From Nitrosopumilaceae archaeon (GTDB lineage: Archaea; Thermoproteota; Nitrososphaeria; Nitrososphaerales; Nitrosopumilaceae): a stretch of DNA of 64,000 bases. The stretch is taken from the NCBI GenBank assembly GCA_965208905.1, contig OZ242365.1:1536001-1600000 (forward strand), given 5' to 3'. How positions within the stretch are numbered: position 1 is the stretch's first letter; each line of letters starts with the position of its first letter. The notes under the pieces are model-generated. The model did no database searches. It saw only the letters and a list, made by a program, of their open reading frames with translations, and had not been told where the DNA came from. Of this stretch, positions 19,438 through 31,002 are shown piece after piece. Made by a program: the position numbers and the translations under genes.

Positions 19438-19856
19438 GTCTTGATGTTACCTCCTTAAAGAGCGCCATAGACCAGTTGCAGGATGCGCTTGCAGTATATG
19501 ATTCGGAACTTGTCCGCGACCATCCGTATCTTAAAAAACACCTGCGAAGCGCATGCATACAGGCTTTTGAGTTCACATATGAACTCTCTCTCAAGATGGT
19601 TAAGCGTTCACTGAAGACTTATTTTGAGATGGATGTTTTTAACATGACGTTTAACAGAATAATTCGAGAAGCCTATGCGCGTCAAATCATTGATTCTGAG
19701 CTTTCGGTCTGGCAAAAATACCGTCAGAACCGTACAATCACAAGTCATACGTATGCTGAGAAGGATGCGCAAGAAGTCTTTGAGGGTACTCCGGACTTTC
19801 TGGTTGAGGCCAAATATCTTTTGTCTCGGCTGCAGGAGTTAAACAAATATGACTAG
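19434..19856 (+). CDS. HEPN protein, HI0074 (nucleotidyltransferase substrate-binding) family
   Basis: IQAFEFTYELS.KM.K and RQNRTITSHTY (R-x4-H) motifs. Confidence 0.9.
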   Translation: MSLDVTSLKSAIDQLQDALAVYDSELVRDHPYLKKHLRSACIQAFEFTYELSLKMVKRSLKTYFEMDVFNMTFNRIIREAYARQIIDSELSVWQKYRQNRTITSHTYAEKDAQEVFEGTPDFLVEAKYLLSRLQELNKYD

Positions 19857-20157
19857 TCCAATTGACATCAACCCATACCATCTGGATATTGTGCGGGATA
19901 TATTGCACAAATATTTGCCAACTGGATTTAGCGTCTGGGTGTTTGGTAGCCGGGCCATCTGGACAACAAGATTTTCATCTGATCTGGATATTGCTGTCCA
20001 AGGAAAAGACAAGTTAGACTATGATTCCAAGCTTGCGTTGGATATTGCCTTTGATGAGTCGGCGCTACCGTATACGGTGGATATAATTGATCTAAATAAT
20101 GTCAATCCACAGTTTAAACTGATTGTTGACAAGGAAAAGGTACCACTTCCAATGTAA
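19849..20157 (+). CDS. Minimal nucleotidyltransferase (MNT)
   Basis: VWVFGSRA..SDLDIAV..LPYTVDIID. The stop codon coincides with the IS66 end GTAA. Confidence 0.9.
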   Translation: MTSPIDINPYHLDIVRDILHKYLPTGFSVWVFGSRAIWTTRFSSDLDIAVQGKDKLDYDSKLALDIAFDESALPYTVDIIDLNNVNPQFKLIVDKEKVPLPM

Positions 20158-21720
20158 CAGGATGTCAATAAGATTGTGGAGTTTTTTAGTAAAAAATTCG
20201 ATGTACAGGACAGGGAAATTGCACAGAAGGACGATACAATAGCACAATTACAGGACCGGATAAAGCAGCTGGAGGAGGAAGTCACACAGACGAAATCGCG
20301 TAGGTATGGCGGCAAAAAATCCCGGTCATATAACATCCGTAAATACAAGGACTACCCACACCAGCACACGCCAAGAAACAGGCCCGACAACTCTGACTCG
20401 CACCAATTTCGTACAATACAACAGGTGGCCGATATTGTATTCTGTCCCACGTGCGGCAAACATCTTGCAGATACTGCTGTATCACGCACCCGGAAATCCG
20501 AGGATGTGTTAGACGGGCGATGGACCGTAACTGAATGGGTAGTACGCCGGCGATACTGCAAACACTGCCGTACGCAACACTCTGCAACCATTCCGGGTGT
20601 GCTGTATAATGGACATTTTGGCACTACAATAATGGCCCAGATATTTGCAATGCGGTGCCTTGCCATACCGTATGAAAAAATTCAAACCATAATACACATG
20701 CTGTTTGGCAGGTTCATCGACACATCCGTAGTTATAGACATGTGCGATGCCGTTGCAGACCGGTGCGAGCCGTTATACAATGAGATGTTGGAGGCTATAC
20801 AGCATACCGATATAGTATTTGGGGATGGCTCCGGATGGTTCCTTAATGGTGTACACTGGTGGGTCTGGGCGTTTATCACCTCACACATAGTACTGTTTCA
20901 TCTGTCTCCGTCCCGCAGCAAGCTTGTAACTGAGGCCATACTGGAGGGGTTTGATGGGATAATTGTAGGTGATTCACATTCCTCGTGGAATGATATAGGC
21001 CTGGAAAAACAGAGGTGTCTTCTGCACTATTTCCGTGACATGTACCGCACGCTAGAAAAGAACAATAGTCCAGAGTTCAAGCAGCTATTCACCGAGCTGC
21101 ATTCCATACTAAAGGATGTAATAAAGCTGCGGGAAGAACACCGGAAAACACCCGAATTGTACATACGTCGTCTACAGAGCCGCATATGTACTCTTGCAAA
21201 TGCACAATACACGGATTCGGACTGTATACGATACGCCAAGCGTTTAAGGCGCGAGGGCGGACAGCTTTTGACGTTTCTAAAACATGATGACATACCGTAC
21301 CACAACAACACAAGTGAGCGCGCCCTACGGACATTTGCACTAATGAGAAAGGTCTGTTACGGAAACCGCGCAAGGCGCGGCATAAAGACCGCTGAAATAC
21401 TGGCGAGCATATATGCAACCTGCCGTGTACGCGGCATAAACCCGTACTATTTTATGAAGGATTATCTTGACGGCAATACGGACACGATTCCACTGCCGCA
21501 AGACTCCATGATTCCAGTTGCCATCAGTACGTGATGCATAAATTGTTGCAGGACATCAGTCAGATACATCCACCTGTCTCTATTTCCAGTTGCCATCAGT
21601 ATGTGATGCGTAAATTATTGCAGGAAAGGTCAATACGATACTGCCGTGTGTATATGATTATGGATGGTTCACCGTATTTGTGTTGTGTGTGATCCCAGCT
21701 TCACAATCACGAGCTGTTAC
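20154..21720 (+). mobile_element. IS66-family element (transposase 20176..21534)
   Basis: Ends GTAACAG / CTGTTAC. Transposase motifs CPTCG, CKHC, GDGSGW, QRCLLH and NNTSERALR. No matching TSD. Confidence 0.88.
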
Positions 21721-21844
21721 GCATAAACTCCATTATTCATAATTGCAGAAAAAGGTGGTTTTAACGCCTGATAGATAGGCCGATCAAGCGTATATGAACA
21801 ATGTCTAGTTTTTATATCTAAATGTATTAAACGAGGTTAGGTCT

Positions 21845-22501
21845 ATGTTCAGAGTTAAAAACGTCAACAAAGCGATTAAAATTCTACTTGGAGTCATGAT
21901 TCCAATAGTCGTCGCATCTACGGTAATAGATATTATTGTATATGATGCAGAGGGTAATTACAGTTCAATTGTCTCTGGAAGTGTAGGCATACTTATGTCG
22001 GTGTTTATTGCATCACTAATCCTACTTGTCCATAAGGATAACGTTGAATGGAGGAGATGTCAGGAATTGGAGTTGAAGTGTAGTGTACTGGATGGAACCT
22101 ATATTGAATTAGATGATGTCTACAGCCATATTAAATCAAGACGTGATCTCTACATATATGAAAAACCGGGAGAGCCGCCCGTAGAGTTTACCAACGCATA
22201 TTTTTATCATGACACGTACGACAAAGTCCTTAATTCACTTCAAATACATAGTTATGGGCTTAAAATAAATAAAATAAAAAAGATAATTCACAACATTAAA
22301 GAACATAACAGAATTTGGCTAAAGTTTGATTCTATAGTCCCAGACTTTTATGATAAAGAACCAGAAATTAAAGACGATACACAAATTCAACTATATTATA
22401 GAAGATTGGAAGGTTACGAAAAAATTCTGATTAAAGAAATACCCATAGTTTTACAATACATAAAGAGTGCTCGGGATCGCCTTTCTAACCATCAATCTTA
22501 G
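21845..22501 (+). CDS. Hypothetical membrane protein (two N-terminal TM helices)
   Basis: 218-aa AT-rich ORF with two hydrophobic segments followed by a helical soluble domain. Confidence 0.65.
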   Translation: MFRVKNVNKAIKILLGVMIPIVVASTVIDIIVYDAEGNYSSIVSGSVGILMSVFIASLILLVHKDNVEWRRCQELELKCSVLDGTYIELDDVYSHIKSRRDLYIYEKPGEPPVEFTNAYFYHDTYDKVLNSLQIHSYGLKINKIKKIIHNIKEHNRIWLKFDSIVPDFYDKEPEIKDDTQIQLYYRRLEGYEKILIKEIPIVLQYIKSARDRLSNHQS

Positions 22502-23382
22502 GGTCATATGGTCTAAGTCTTGCACCACTGGGAGTTCGATATTTTTTTGGCCATCCAGATCCACTTTTTGATGGTTCTCTAGAATTTGGATTGAGGTTGG
22601 AGCTGTCCGTCTTTTTCATGACATAATAACGTGCACACATCTTTTAAAGTTTAGCGGACATGATGCTATTTCCGAACCGTTTAACATCAAATGACCCCCA
22701 CATCCTATGTTATGTAAGTCACATCTACAAAAGATCAGCAACAAAACCACACTATCACACTGCAACCGGGATGTGAGGTTCGTTTTGAAAAGTATTTGCC
22801 TGCGGGACATACCCCATAAAATCAATGTTAATTATGCATAAACTCTAATATCCGTAATTCTTACTTTCATGTCAAATCCAGGTTCAAATATTCTGATTTC
22901 AATTAATTCCACATATTGTCTAATGTTCAGTGCATCAGAGGCAAATCCAGAAAAAACCGTGCCATCATAAGCGTACGATTTACCGAAAGGCTCAAGGGTT
23001 CGCCCATATCCATCAAAACCACAACTTCATTACGCCTGCTCCGACAAGCTTGTCGTAATTGAATAATTAGTATTTATCGTGGCGGCGCGAGGCACTTCCA
23101 GAAAAAACATCGGGGTCAAATCCTGTCGAGATTTCTCCTTAAATAATAACCATGTCACATTTCAAGATCGTTTGTATGTCGAACCTAAGAATACCGTATT
23201 TTTCTAGGCCTCCTGTGGGGTCTGACCGTTTTTCTGTGGGATGCCCTTCGGGTGCCGTTTCTGGTCAAAATTACCATACCGGTGCATATAACTGCAGCAA
23301 ATTTTGTCTGTTTTCTGGCTCTAGTTTGAAAATGAGTGCATTATTTTGGATAGTCTTATGTGCATCAGGGCAGGTTCCCGGA

Positions 23383-24315
23383 TCATTCGGCATTGACCAG
23401 TTTGACAAGTCTCTGCAGATATATAGTAAATTGGTCTACAAACCCGTTGAATTTTTTTTCATCTATTTCTGTAACCAGCAAATCTTTTTCCCCGCCCCAT
23501 TCGAATATATTGTCTTGTTCGACAAGCATTCTTTTTTGCGCGAAATTATTCCTAAATCTTTCATAGCGCAGCAGCGCAAAGTCAATTTTTTTAATTACAC
23601 AACCTTCAATATCTTCTACGTCTATTCCGAATTCCTCGGAAATCATGTACACATCTAAAAAATCTCGAGCTTTGGTTCCTCTTCTGGTTAAGAGTGCCCT
23701 GATCTTCTCACTCATAATTTCTTTTATGTCATATATCCTAAAAGGTATCGAAGAGGAGTATTGATCATATTCGTCAAACACACCCTCCAGATCTTTGTGT
23801 TCGTCTCCAATCAGGCTCCGAAGGGCCCCGTATTGCGGTTTCATGCACAAATCTTCTACAAAGTTTATTTGCACTTTCAAATCCACATTTCTGTTTAGTA
23901 TTACAGAGTTATAGCGGATGTGGAATGTAGTGATCCTTCCACCGTTGTTTAATTCCACGTAATTCCTGTTGCCTTTATCCCACTTGAAATCAAGGTTGCA
24001 CCCGGCCGCGATGCCTTCCAACATGTTTCCAGTCTGTTCCAGCACATCTTCCAAATACTTGACAATCCAGCTCGTTGTTTTTCCGACAAACTCTTCCTGT
24101 TTCCGCCATGTAAAGTCCAAGTCTTCGGAGAACCTGTAATATCCGAGATAATATTTTATCAGGCAGGTCCCACCCTTGAAAAGAAAATTATCGGCAAAGA
24201 ACCCATCTCTGGACAGGTCTGCAAGTATTTGATGTAAGACAAAGTCTTTTTCAATTTGTTCCATTCTCGAAATCTTTGTCAGCGTCGAGACTTGATTTAT
24301 GAAGTACGAATTCAT
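23383..24315 (-). CDS. abiEii: AbiEii/AbiGii-family nucleotidyltransferase toxin (type IV TA)
   Basis: IEKDF, FKGGTCL.K.Y..YRFSEDLDF and EKIRALL.R..KARDFLD motifs. Confidence 0.92.
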   Translation of the reverse strand: MNSYFINQVSTLTKISRMEQIEKDFVLHQILADLSRDGFFADNFLFKGGTCLIKYYLGYYRFSEDLDFTWRKQEEFVGKTTSWIVKYLEDVLEQTGNMLEGIAAGCNLDFKWDKGNRNYVELNNGGRITTFHIRYNSVILNRNVDLKVQINFVEDLCMKPQYGALRSLIGDEHKDLEGVFDEYDQYSSSIPFRIYDIKEIMSEKIRALLTRRGTKARDFLDVYMISEEFGIDVEDIEGCVIKKIDFALLRYERFRNNFAQKRMLVEQDNIFEWGGEKDLLVTEIDEKKFNGFVDQFTIYLQRLVKLVNAE

Positions 24316-24947
24316 TAAACCATCCTATCCACCATTTTTGCTACCGATTTTGGATAGTTTACGGCATATCTCTGCATCTTTTTTTGGGATACGTTTTCAG
24401 CCCATTCAGAGGTATCCATCATAATTCTTTCACTGTTCTTTCCTTCTTGCCGCCACAAATAAACAAAGTCCAAAATTGTCTTTTCTGGATCAGAGTAGCG
24501 AAGTAGTCCTTCGGTCTTTATTCCAAAACCAAGCAGGGAAGGGACAATCTTGATAAAGTCGAAATAGTATCCTGTTATCTTTATTGGTTTTTGACGAAAT
24601 ATAGAATCATTGATCACCTTCTCAATCACAAAATATTCATGCGTCATGTTGTTGAGTTTCAATGCGGAATGAAGGCCAAAGTGCCAGTTTTTTACACCCT
24701 TTAACTCCATACCTTTTGCTACCAGTTCCAGATGGTTGTATCTTTCCTTTCTTAGTACCATATCCTCGGGAGGCCTAACATAAAATATTCCCCTAAAGAT
24801 CCTTGTCAGGTGACCACGGTGAACAAAGTTTCTGACAGTTGTGTCGTAATCCAAGTGCAGTTTAATGCAGTAACCTTTTAGGACCTCGGCGGTGACAAAT
24901 TCTTCTTTCTCCACCCATAGCTTGTTGAGTAGCTTACTTATCTTCAT
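24315..24947 (-). CDS. abiEi: AbiEi-like antitoxin/transcriptional regulator
   Basis: wHTH-like N-terminus (LTRIFRGIFYV), SAL..N.MT and YSDPEKTILDF. Translationally coupled to abiEii. Confidence 0.85.
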   Translation of the reverse strand: MKISKLLNKLWVEKEEFVTAEVLKGYCIKLHLDYDTTVRNFVHRGHLTRIFRGIFYVRPPEDMVLRKERYNHLELVAKGMELKGVKNWHFGLHSALKLNNMTHEYFVIEKVINDSIFRQKPIKITGYYFDFIKIVPSLLGFGIKTEGLLRYSDPEKTILDFVYLWRQEGKNSERIMMDTSEWAENVSQKKMQRYAVNYPKSVAKMVDRMV

Positions 24948-24959
24948 GTGTATAACAAC

Positions 24960-25018
24960 CTCTCACTTAGTGAGAGTTTATGATATATATAATAACATCT
25001 CACTTAATGAGAGGTTAT
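24960..25018. promoter_or_regulatory. Two palindromic operators flanking the TATA region of abiE
   Basis: CTCTCACT-T-AGTGAGAG (24960-24976) and ATAACATCTCACTTAATGAGAGGTTAT (24992-25018) sit around ATATATATAA. Confidence 0.75.
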
Positions 25019-25190
25019 GATATACAACAGTCTTCCAATGTCGGGCTGTAAGGAAATCTTGAACAAATTACGTACCTCAGGGCGCTTAGACCAGAGTACT
25101 CCAAGGCGTCGTGCCTGTTAAACGTGCTTCCAAGAGGCAGGTCGGTTACTATCCTAACCACTCTAGAGTTTATGCGTAATCAGAGTTAGT

Positions 25191-26634
25191 AGAGTTTATG
25201 CGTAATCAAACCACTTTCAAGCGATCTGAAACACATAACACGCTGTTGGTGTTTCCACCATCCAGAGGTATACATTGAGCCTTCCGCGTACCGGGAAGGG
25301 TTGCTCCAACCACGGGGGGAGTCATACCCGTGTCAAGATGTATCTGCCCTCTCGAGGCCAGTCTGACCTCGCGCTGGAGTTTCTGCACGGCGCGAATCCG
25401 CGCAGACCACCAGACGATTGCAAAAGTGTATAGTATATTGAATGCTGCGTTTACATCCGCGTGTATTGTTTTACGACTGTTCATGACAGGTTAATTTCCG
25501 GCCTTCGCGCAATGTGTTATATCTGCAGCACATAAAGCACATCTTTGAGGTGTTGCGGGGGTTGACCTCTGCATATTCGACGTTGTGTCGTGTGGAGCCA
25601 TACGCCATGTAATTCCGTGCCTCGCCGCACTTTGACTGTCGCATCTTTTTGTTCTTCTCTGTCTGTCCCGGGCCGGCGCGCGTCAGGGTATCAAGCCCCA
25701 TCCCCTCAAAGATTATCTTGTCACACTGCTCGAATAGTTTTTTGGCGAACTTTCTGAGTCTGTCGCGCTGACGATTCTTCATCTTTCTGTATATGGCGTT
25801 TAACTGTTTTTTGAGATTGACATATTTCCGCGAACCTGCTGTGCAGCGCGACATGCGCTGGTGCAGCCCGCGTATCTTGTGTAGTGTGATCTTTTCGCGT
25901 AATGACAATACATTTGCGGTTCCATCGGACTTGGCAACTACCATGGTATGGTGCCCACCCATGTCTACTCCGGCGAACACACCGGTACATACGCGGTCCG
26001 GTATATGCTCACGAACTGTCACATGTAGCTCGAACTGCCGTTCCTTATCAGAGTGGTTTGTAACGTCTACTATCTTGTACGACTGGGAGTCTTTGGGCAG
26101 CTCGCCTTTCTGCAAGTAGAATGGAACACTGCAACACGGAAAGTAGACCACATTGCCGGTGGACTTTTTTCCCAGCGGCCTGGCGCTATACAATGGATAT
26201 GTATGGTTGCCATACGGTACAACCCTCTTGTGTTGTACGTCTGGTGTCTTGCACTTGCACACATCTTCAGGTGAGCCGCACGATGTACAGCTGCCCTGCA
26301 TCTTTCTGCCGACCTGTATCGCCCCGTACGCGAATGCTTGTGGTATAGTAGATACAAGCGTTACGACCTTTGCGCAGTCAATGAACGTCGCCCCAATGTT
26401 TCTGGCCTGCAGACCGGCGTTCAACCATACATGAGACTCGGACTCCATCGAATCAAAGTATGCAGTCAGCCGGGTGCTAGTCTTGAGACGATACGTTAGT
26501 GTGCGGGTCACATGCTTGGTTCCCTGATACTTTGGTATAATGTACTGTACAGTCTATACAATATACATGATCCGACATATATATACAATTTTAAAAATTA
26601 TAATAGTCAGATTTTTCGATTACGCATAACCTCT
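25191..26634 (-). mobile_element. 1444-bp TIR-bounded element carrying tnpB (copy 1)
   Basis: 17-bp TIRs AGAG(T/G)TTATGCGTAATC with AGT on both flanks. Appears identical to 34175..35618. Confidence 0.92.
25206..26511 (-). pseudogene. tnpB: TnpB RNA-guided nuclease, split by a frameshift before RuvC-III
   Basis: GVDMG (RuvC-I), IIFEGM (RuvC-II) and VNPRNTSKMC..C are in the 346-aa ORF. HADVNAAFNIL (RuvC-III) is in the overlapping 92-aa ORF. Confidence 0.9.
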
Positions 26635-26637
26635 AGT

Positions 26638-27110
26638 GTCATAACCCCTTACGAGTTTGGCTTATTGGTGTCACTGGGGTACGCTCTTGTCATTGCCATA
26701 GCCCCCTCTGAACACAAAACATCCTATTGTATCTTGAGACTGATCTCTTGTACAACATTCTCCCACTTTCTGGCGGCCACAGAATCTCCAAAAAATCTCT
26801 TAAATGAAGATGTTACTATCTCAACCAGCCATCTCAAGCCATATTTCACTCGCCTCTTCCACTTTTTTCGGTTAGACTCGCGCTCTTCCTTTGTCAGCTG
26901 CGCAAACCTTCTCGGGTCTGCAATGCCGTCGCCTAACTGATCAATAACTGCCATGGTCCTGTCCCTGCTGACACCACGGGAGCGTGTCGTTGCATTATGG
27001 TTTATCCGGACATAGGGTATGATACCAAGTTATTTGCATGTCTCAAATATCCTACGCGAATCAAACCCACCATCTGTGCGCATCACTATATTTGCAACAG
27101 TTCGTAGCTG
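26638..27110 (-). pseudogene. IS5-family transposase C-terminal fragment
   Basis: DGGFDSR..GIIP and WK..VKYG.RWLVEIV.SSFKR.FGD motifs, with in-frame stops. Confidence 0.8.
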
Positions 27111-27359
27111 TGAAGTTAGGCGTGAAAAATCTGATACTTGGTCAGGTTATGTCTATTTCTTCAAGCAAAAGACTGCTTTTTACGCATGGATATCATGCTG
27201 ACCTGACTAAGTATAATTTTAGTATATAACCCAACCTCATAACGGCGAGATGTTACGATTTTTGATGTTTTGCTAGTTACACCTAAACGACATGGCGTCG
27301 GTACAAAAGGGACATCACATACCCAAAAATCTTTAAGATGGTGCACATCATAATAGTGT

Positions 27360-28280
27360 ATGGGAGCAACAAAACGTCAGGACGATGAAGATTTAGACGA
27401 AACATCGCATACTACAAAACAAAATGTAAAGAAACCAAGTGATAAGCATGCAACTTCTGATGTAGTATTTGATGACGGGTTACAGATACAACCACCAGAT
27501 GGACTTACTAGATTTGGTGAGTATTATTTTAGAGTTATGTCAAAGATAACAGATGACGAAGACTATATGGATTGGTTGATAAATACATTTGATGAGTACA
27601 AGCGCGATATACTTAGAGATATGACTTTAACGTTTCAGAGCATGTACGCTGTGGAATTTTTGGAAATCGTCAGAATGATAGGAAGTGCAGTTCTAGATGG
27701 AGGCACAGAACGTGCAATCATGATGGTAGAAAGTCTGGAACTAGATGTGGAAGAAACTGCAGGGCTGTATGCTAAAATATACATGGCGGCCGATAGGTGG
27801 GATGAAGCGTTGGATGGTCTCTTGAAGGTTCATTATGAGGAGTACGAGTTGAGTGGACTGTTTGAATTTATGACGGATATAGCATATAGAATGAACAAAA
27901 CTACGGAATTAGACAAGATGTGCAAGGAATGGGATAAACAAGGATATGACAGAATAAATCTCCACATAAATCGAGCTAGGGTAATGTGCAGAAAGGGGTT
28001 TTTGGATGACGGTCTAAATATGACCGATGCAATATTGACGTTGGAGCCTACTAATTCTATGGCGCATCTACTACGAGGCAACATTTTGGCTACACGTGGA
28101 ATGCACAAGGATGCCATTGGCGAGTTCAAAGAGGGTCTAAAACATGACGACGATCCCCTACTTAGTATCGGCCTTGCCAAGTCATTTTATGCAGTCGGTC
28201 AAAAACAGCAGGCACAAAAACTGCGCGATGATCTGCTAGACAGGGGAATAAACCCCAAGATACTTGTGTCCGTGCAATAA
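27360..28280 (+). CDS. TPR-repeat protein
   Basis: C-terminal TPR patterns (LEPTNSMAHLLRGNILA..G..DAI..F..GL). Confidence 0.8.
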   Translation: MGATKRQDDEDLDETSHTTKQNVKKPSDKHATSDVVFDDGLQIQPPDGLTRFGEYYFRVMSKITDDEDYMDWLINTFDEYKRDILRDMTLTFQSMYAVEFLEIVRMIGSAVLDGGTERAIMMVESLELDVEETAGLYAKIYMAADRWDEALDGLLKVHYEEYELSGLFEFMTDIAYRMNKTTELDKMCKEWDKQGYDRINLHINRARVMCRKGFLDDGLNMTDAILTLEPTNSMAHLLRGNILATRGMHKDAIGEFKEGLKHDDDPLLSIGLAKSFYAVGQKQQAQKLRDDLLDRGINPKILVSVQ

Positions 28281-28408
28281 AAACTAAAAACCCACACTGT
28301 CGTAAATCTTTAGCAAGTATGCCGGGTCGGTAAGACAACAAGTAATACACAAAATTTCAACAAATACCATACAACAAACTCCCGTTAGCACATCACCACA
28401 TACTTACT

Positions 28409-29993
28409 AGAGTTTATGCGTAATTGACATGCATATTGTATAGATGGTTATGATCAATTTACACTATTTGGTAAATATTCTAAATATGGGACAAAATTGG
28501 ATGAATTTTGGCATTATGCTATGTAAAACAGATCTCCAGTCAAACTTTTAGCGATACGTGTTTTCGACAGTGCCGACGGCCCGGTTGATATTCCCAAAAG
28601 TTGTGTGCAGTCTCGTGCATGTAAATCATGGTCCGCTGTATAAGCAGGTGGTACCAAGTACCGCCATACGTCATGATGATGCCCTCATACGGAGTATCTT
28701 GTCCTTCCAGATATGGTAGGTACCATCCCTGTGCATCTTGCGCATGTCATACATATGGCATTAAAGTCGTCATTGAACTCTTGTGTTGTACCATCATATC
28801 TGCCGGATATGCGCGTCCAGTTTTTAACATGCGCAAAGACATTCTCAACTTTTATTCTTCTTTTAGAATGGGTCCTGTTGTATGCCCGTTTAGTCTTTGG
28901 GAGTTCCTTATTTTTTGGCTTTATGTATGGAACGCGCTCATCTACACCGGCAAAGTATTTTTTCAAATCCTGATGTATACTATCCCCAACAACCTGTATA
29001 CGTTCCTCTCTTGGGATTTCATTATGCTGCATTCTGTCCAACCATTTACCAAAATTAGGCATATTCTCCCTGAATACTGTAATATCATGACAGCTTCCCT
29101 CCCTAGAATTGGTTATTATACACAACGTAACTCTTCTTGTTGGTTAGGGCGGTCGTGCTGATGGCAAACATCTTGCCCTTGCCCGAATACTATTTCTTTC
29201 GCTCGGTACTATTTTGGGGACGGGTTGTCTCGACCAGTGTGCCGTCCGGTATAATCTCGCCACCCTGACGCCCGGGCAGTATCTCTTTTAATTCTTCAAT
29301 GGTTTTGGTAGATTCTATTAATTTTGTAATGTTGTGCGATGTCACCAGCAGTACATCATCATCATGTGTAGCCACAAACTTGAGATAGCGTAATTTGATC
29401 TATTCTGAACATTTCACCCAGTACAAACTGTGGCATGTTGAGGGCCCGCCGCATGAGCGACATCAAAAATATATGTCGTATGTGTAGTAGACATTGATTT
29501 CCAGCATCAGACTTTCTACTTTTATCATCCCTGAAATGAGGCACATCAGGACTATTCCGTATAATTTTATCGAACAGGGCAAGAGCCTCCTTAAACTCAC
29601 CCCTACGAAGCCGTGTAAAACGGTACATTATTTCATCATTGCCGATTATTCTATTCCATCATCAATACCATATCAGGAGGCAGGTCAGATGTGTGCCGCT
29701 GTTTGCCAGTATCGGTAATCCAGAATTTGTTATCCCGCTTGATAAGTTCATTTAATTCTGTTATCTGCCTAGTATTTTCTGCTAGTTCCTTATCCTTCTT
29801 TGCTAGTTCCACATTCTTCTCTACCAATTCCTTATCCTTTTTTGCCAGGAGCGTCCATAACTGCCTGTCATCAAGTGATTGCATGATTTCTATCCTTGAA
29901 ATTATATTTAACAGTACAAATTAGAAAATTTAACTAATGGTCAATAAAATTATAGTAAGCGGTTTTTAAGATCATCAATTATGCATAAACTCT
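28409..29993 (-). mobile_element. IS5/ISL2-like (DDE_Tnp_4) element with decayed transposase
   Basis: 19-bp TIRs AGAGTTTATGC(G/A)TAATTGA. Fragments 29362..29628 (HTH), 29190..29375 (DGT..RP) and 28685..29125 (GSCHD, GDS, YNR.HS..RIKVEN.F). Confidence 0.88.
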
Positions 29994-30072
29994 AGTCCAT
30001 ATACAGCACCGCACACCATCCACTTGTGAGACATTATTTACCAGTTTTATAAAAATAAAGTTTGGTAGACAA

Positions 30073-31002
30073 TTATGATTTTTTGCGTCTCTTGGTGGTT
30101 GTGTCTACGCCTGCATACGTGTTTGCCCCGCGAATGGATGCATTTTTGTATATGTCATCCATTGTATCAAGAAACTTTTCAGTGCCACGCCACATTGGAA
30201 AACCACCCCATTGTTTTATGGTTGCGGCATTATCCGAGGGTATCGACATACTCTCGTATGAACCAGTATCATTGTGACTGCCCCAAAATTTATCAAGGTT
30301 TATCGGTGAAGATTCAGATGCCAGTGGAACATCAGACTGTACGGTGTGATAATTATCCGGGGTGCCGGCCCTTATGCATGAGTGTTTAGGGTGTGCATCA
30401 GCAGGTACATCATCAAGAATGTCTAGTATGTGATGTCTGTCCACGCCCAGAATTCTCCAATACCAGAACGAGTCATGGTCAATCTCTTCGGCTAAAACCT
30501 GGCATATGGCCATGACGTGCTTGCATATTGAGTACCAGCGATGACAGGTACAATCTGTTTCTATGATCCAATTGAGACCAAGCATATCTGCCACTCCCGC
30601 CTCGGACAGCTCAGACGCCATCGCCTTTGTCATCTCTCCAGATAGTATCTTTGCCGCCAAGGCAGGCCTCTGCCGACATACCCCGGCAATGCTTTTGGCA
30701 TAGTCGTAATTTGGTATTTTAATCTTTATTGATGTCTGGTGGGGGGATGCCTGTGCACCCTGCACCATGCCGTACACATGGCCCCTCTGCACGTCTACTT
30801 GTAACACCTGACCCTTGCGGGCATACGTTCTGCCCTGTGTAAAAGTATCACCAGCGCCCGAATTGTATACCAGCTCAACCCAGTGGTCGGCCAGCCAGCT
30901 CTTGCCTATATCACCCTTTTTGGTTCGTATCTTTATTCCATTCTTCCGGGATCGGGGGCGCCTACGCCGGGGCCTAGAATTATAGTAATAATAATATGTC
31001 AT
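30073..31002 (-). CDS. SWIM zinc-finger protein
   Basis: GRTYARKGQV..V.G and DCTC..CKHV.A motifs. 4-bp overlap with the SNF2 gene. Confidence 0.9.
   Translation of the reverse strand: MTYYYYYNSRPRRRRPRSRKNGIKIRTKKGDIGKSWLADHWVELVYNSGAGDTFTQGRTYARKGQVLQVDVQRGHVYGMVQGAQASPHQTSIKIKIPNYDYAKSIAGVCRQRPALAAKILSGEMTKAMASELSEAGVADMLGLNWIIETDCTCHRWYSICKHVMAICQVLAEEIDHDSFWYWRILGVDRHHILDILDDVPADAHPKHSCIRAGTPDNYHTVQSDVPLASESSPINLDKFWGSHNDTGSYESMSIPSDNAATIKQWGGFPMWRGTEKFLDTMDDIYKNASIRGANTYAGVDTTTKRRKKS

Noticed and set aside
21512-21625. ~40-bp direct repeat after the IS66 transposase
   Set aside because: Only two copies, internal to the IS. Likely a local duplication without separate function.
23152-23658. 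168-aa plus-strand ORF
   Set aside because: It overlaps abiEii antisense and has no recognisable features.
25020-25160. Possible tRNA/att site next to the tnpB element
   Set aside because: No cloverleaf or T-loop consensus could be built. No tRNA or rRNA was recognised anywhere in the window.
25471-26511. Cas12f/type V CRISPR effector
   Set aside because: No array or cas1/cas2. Size and element context fit TnpB.
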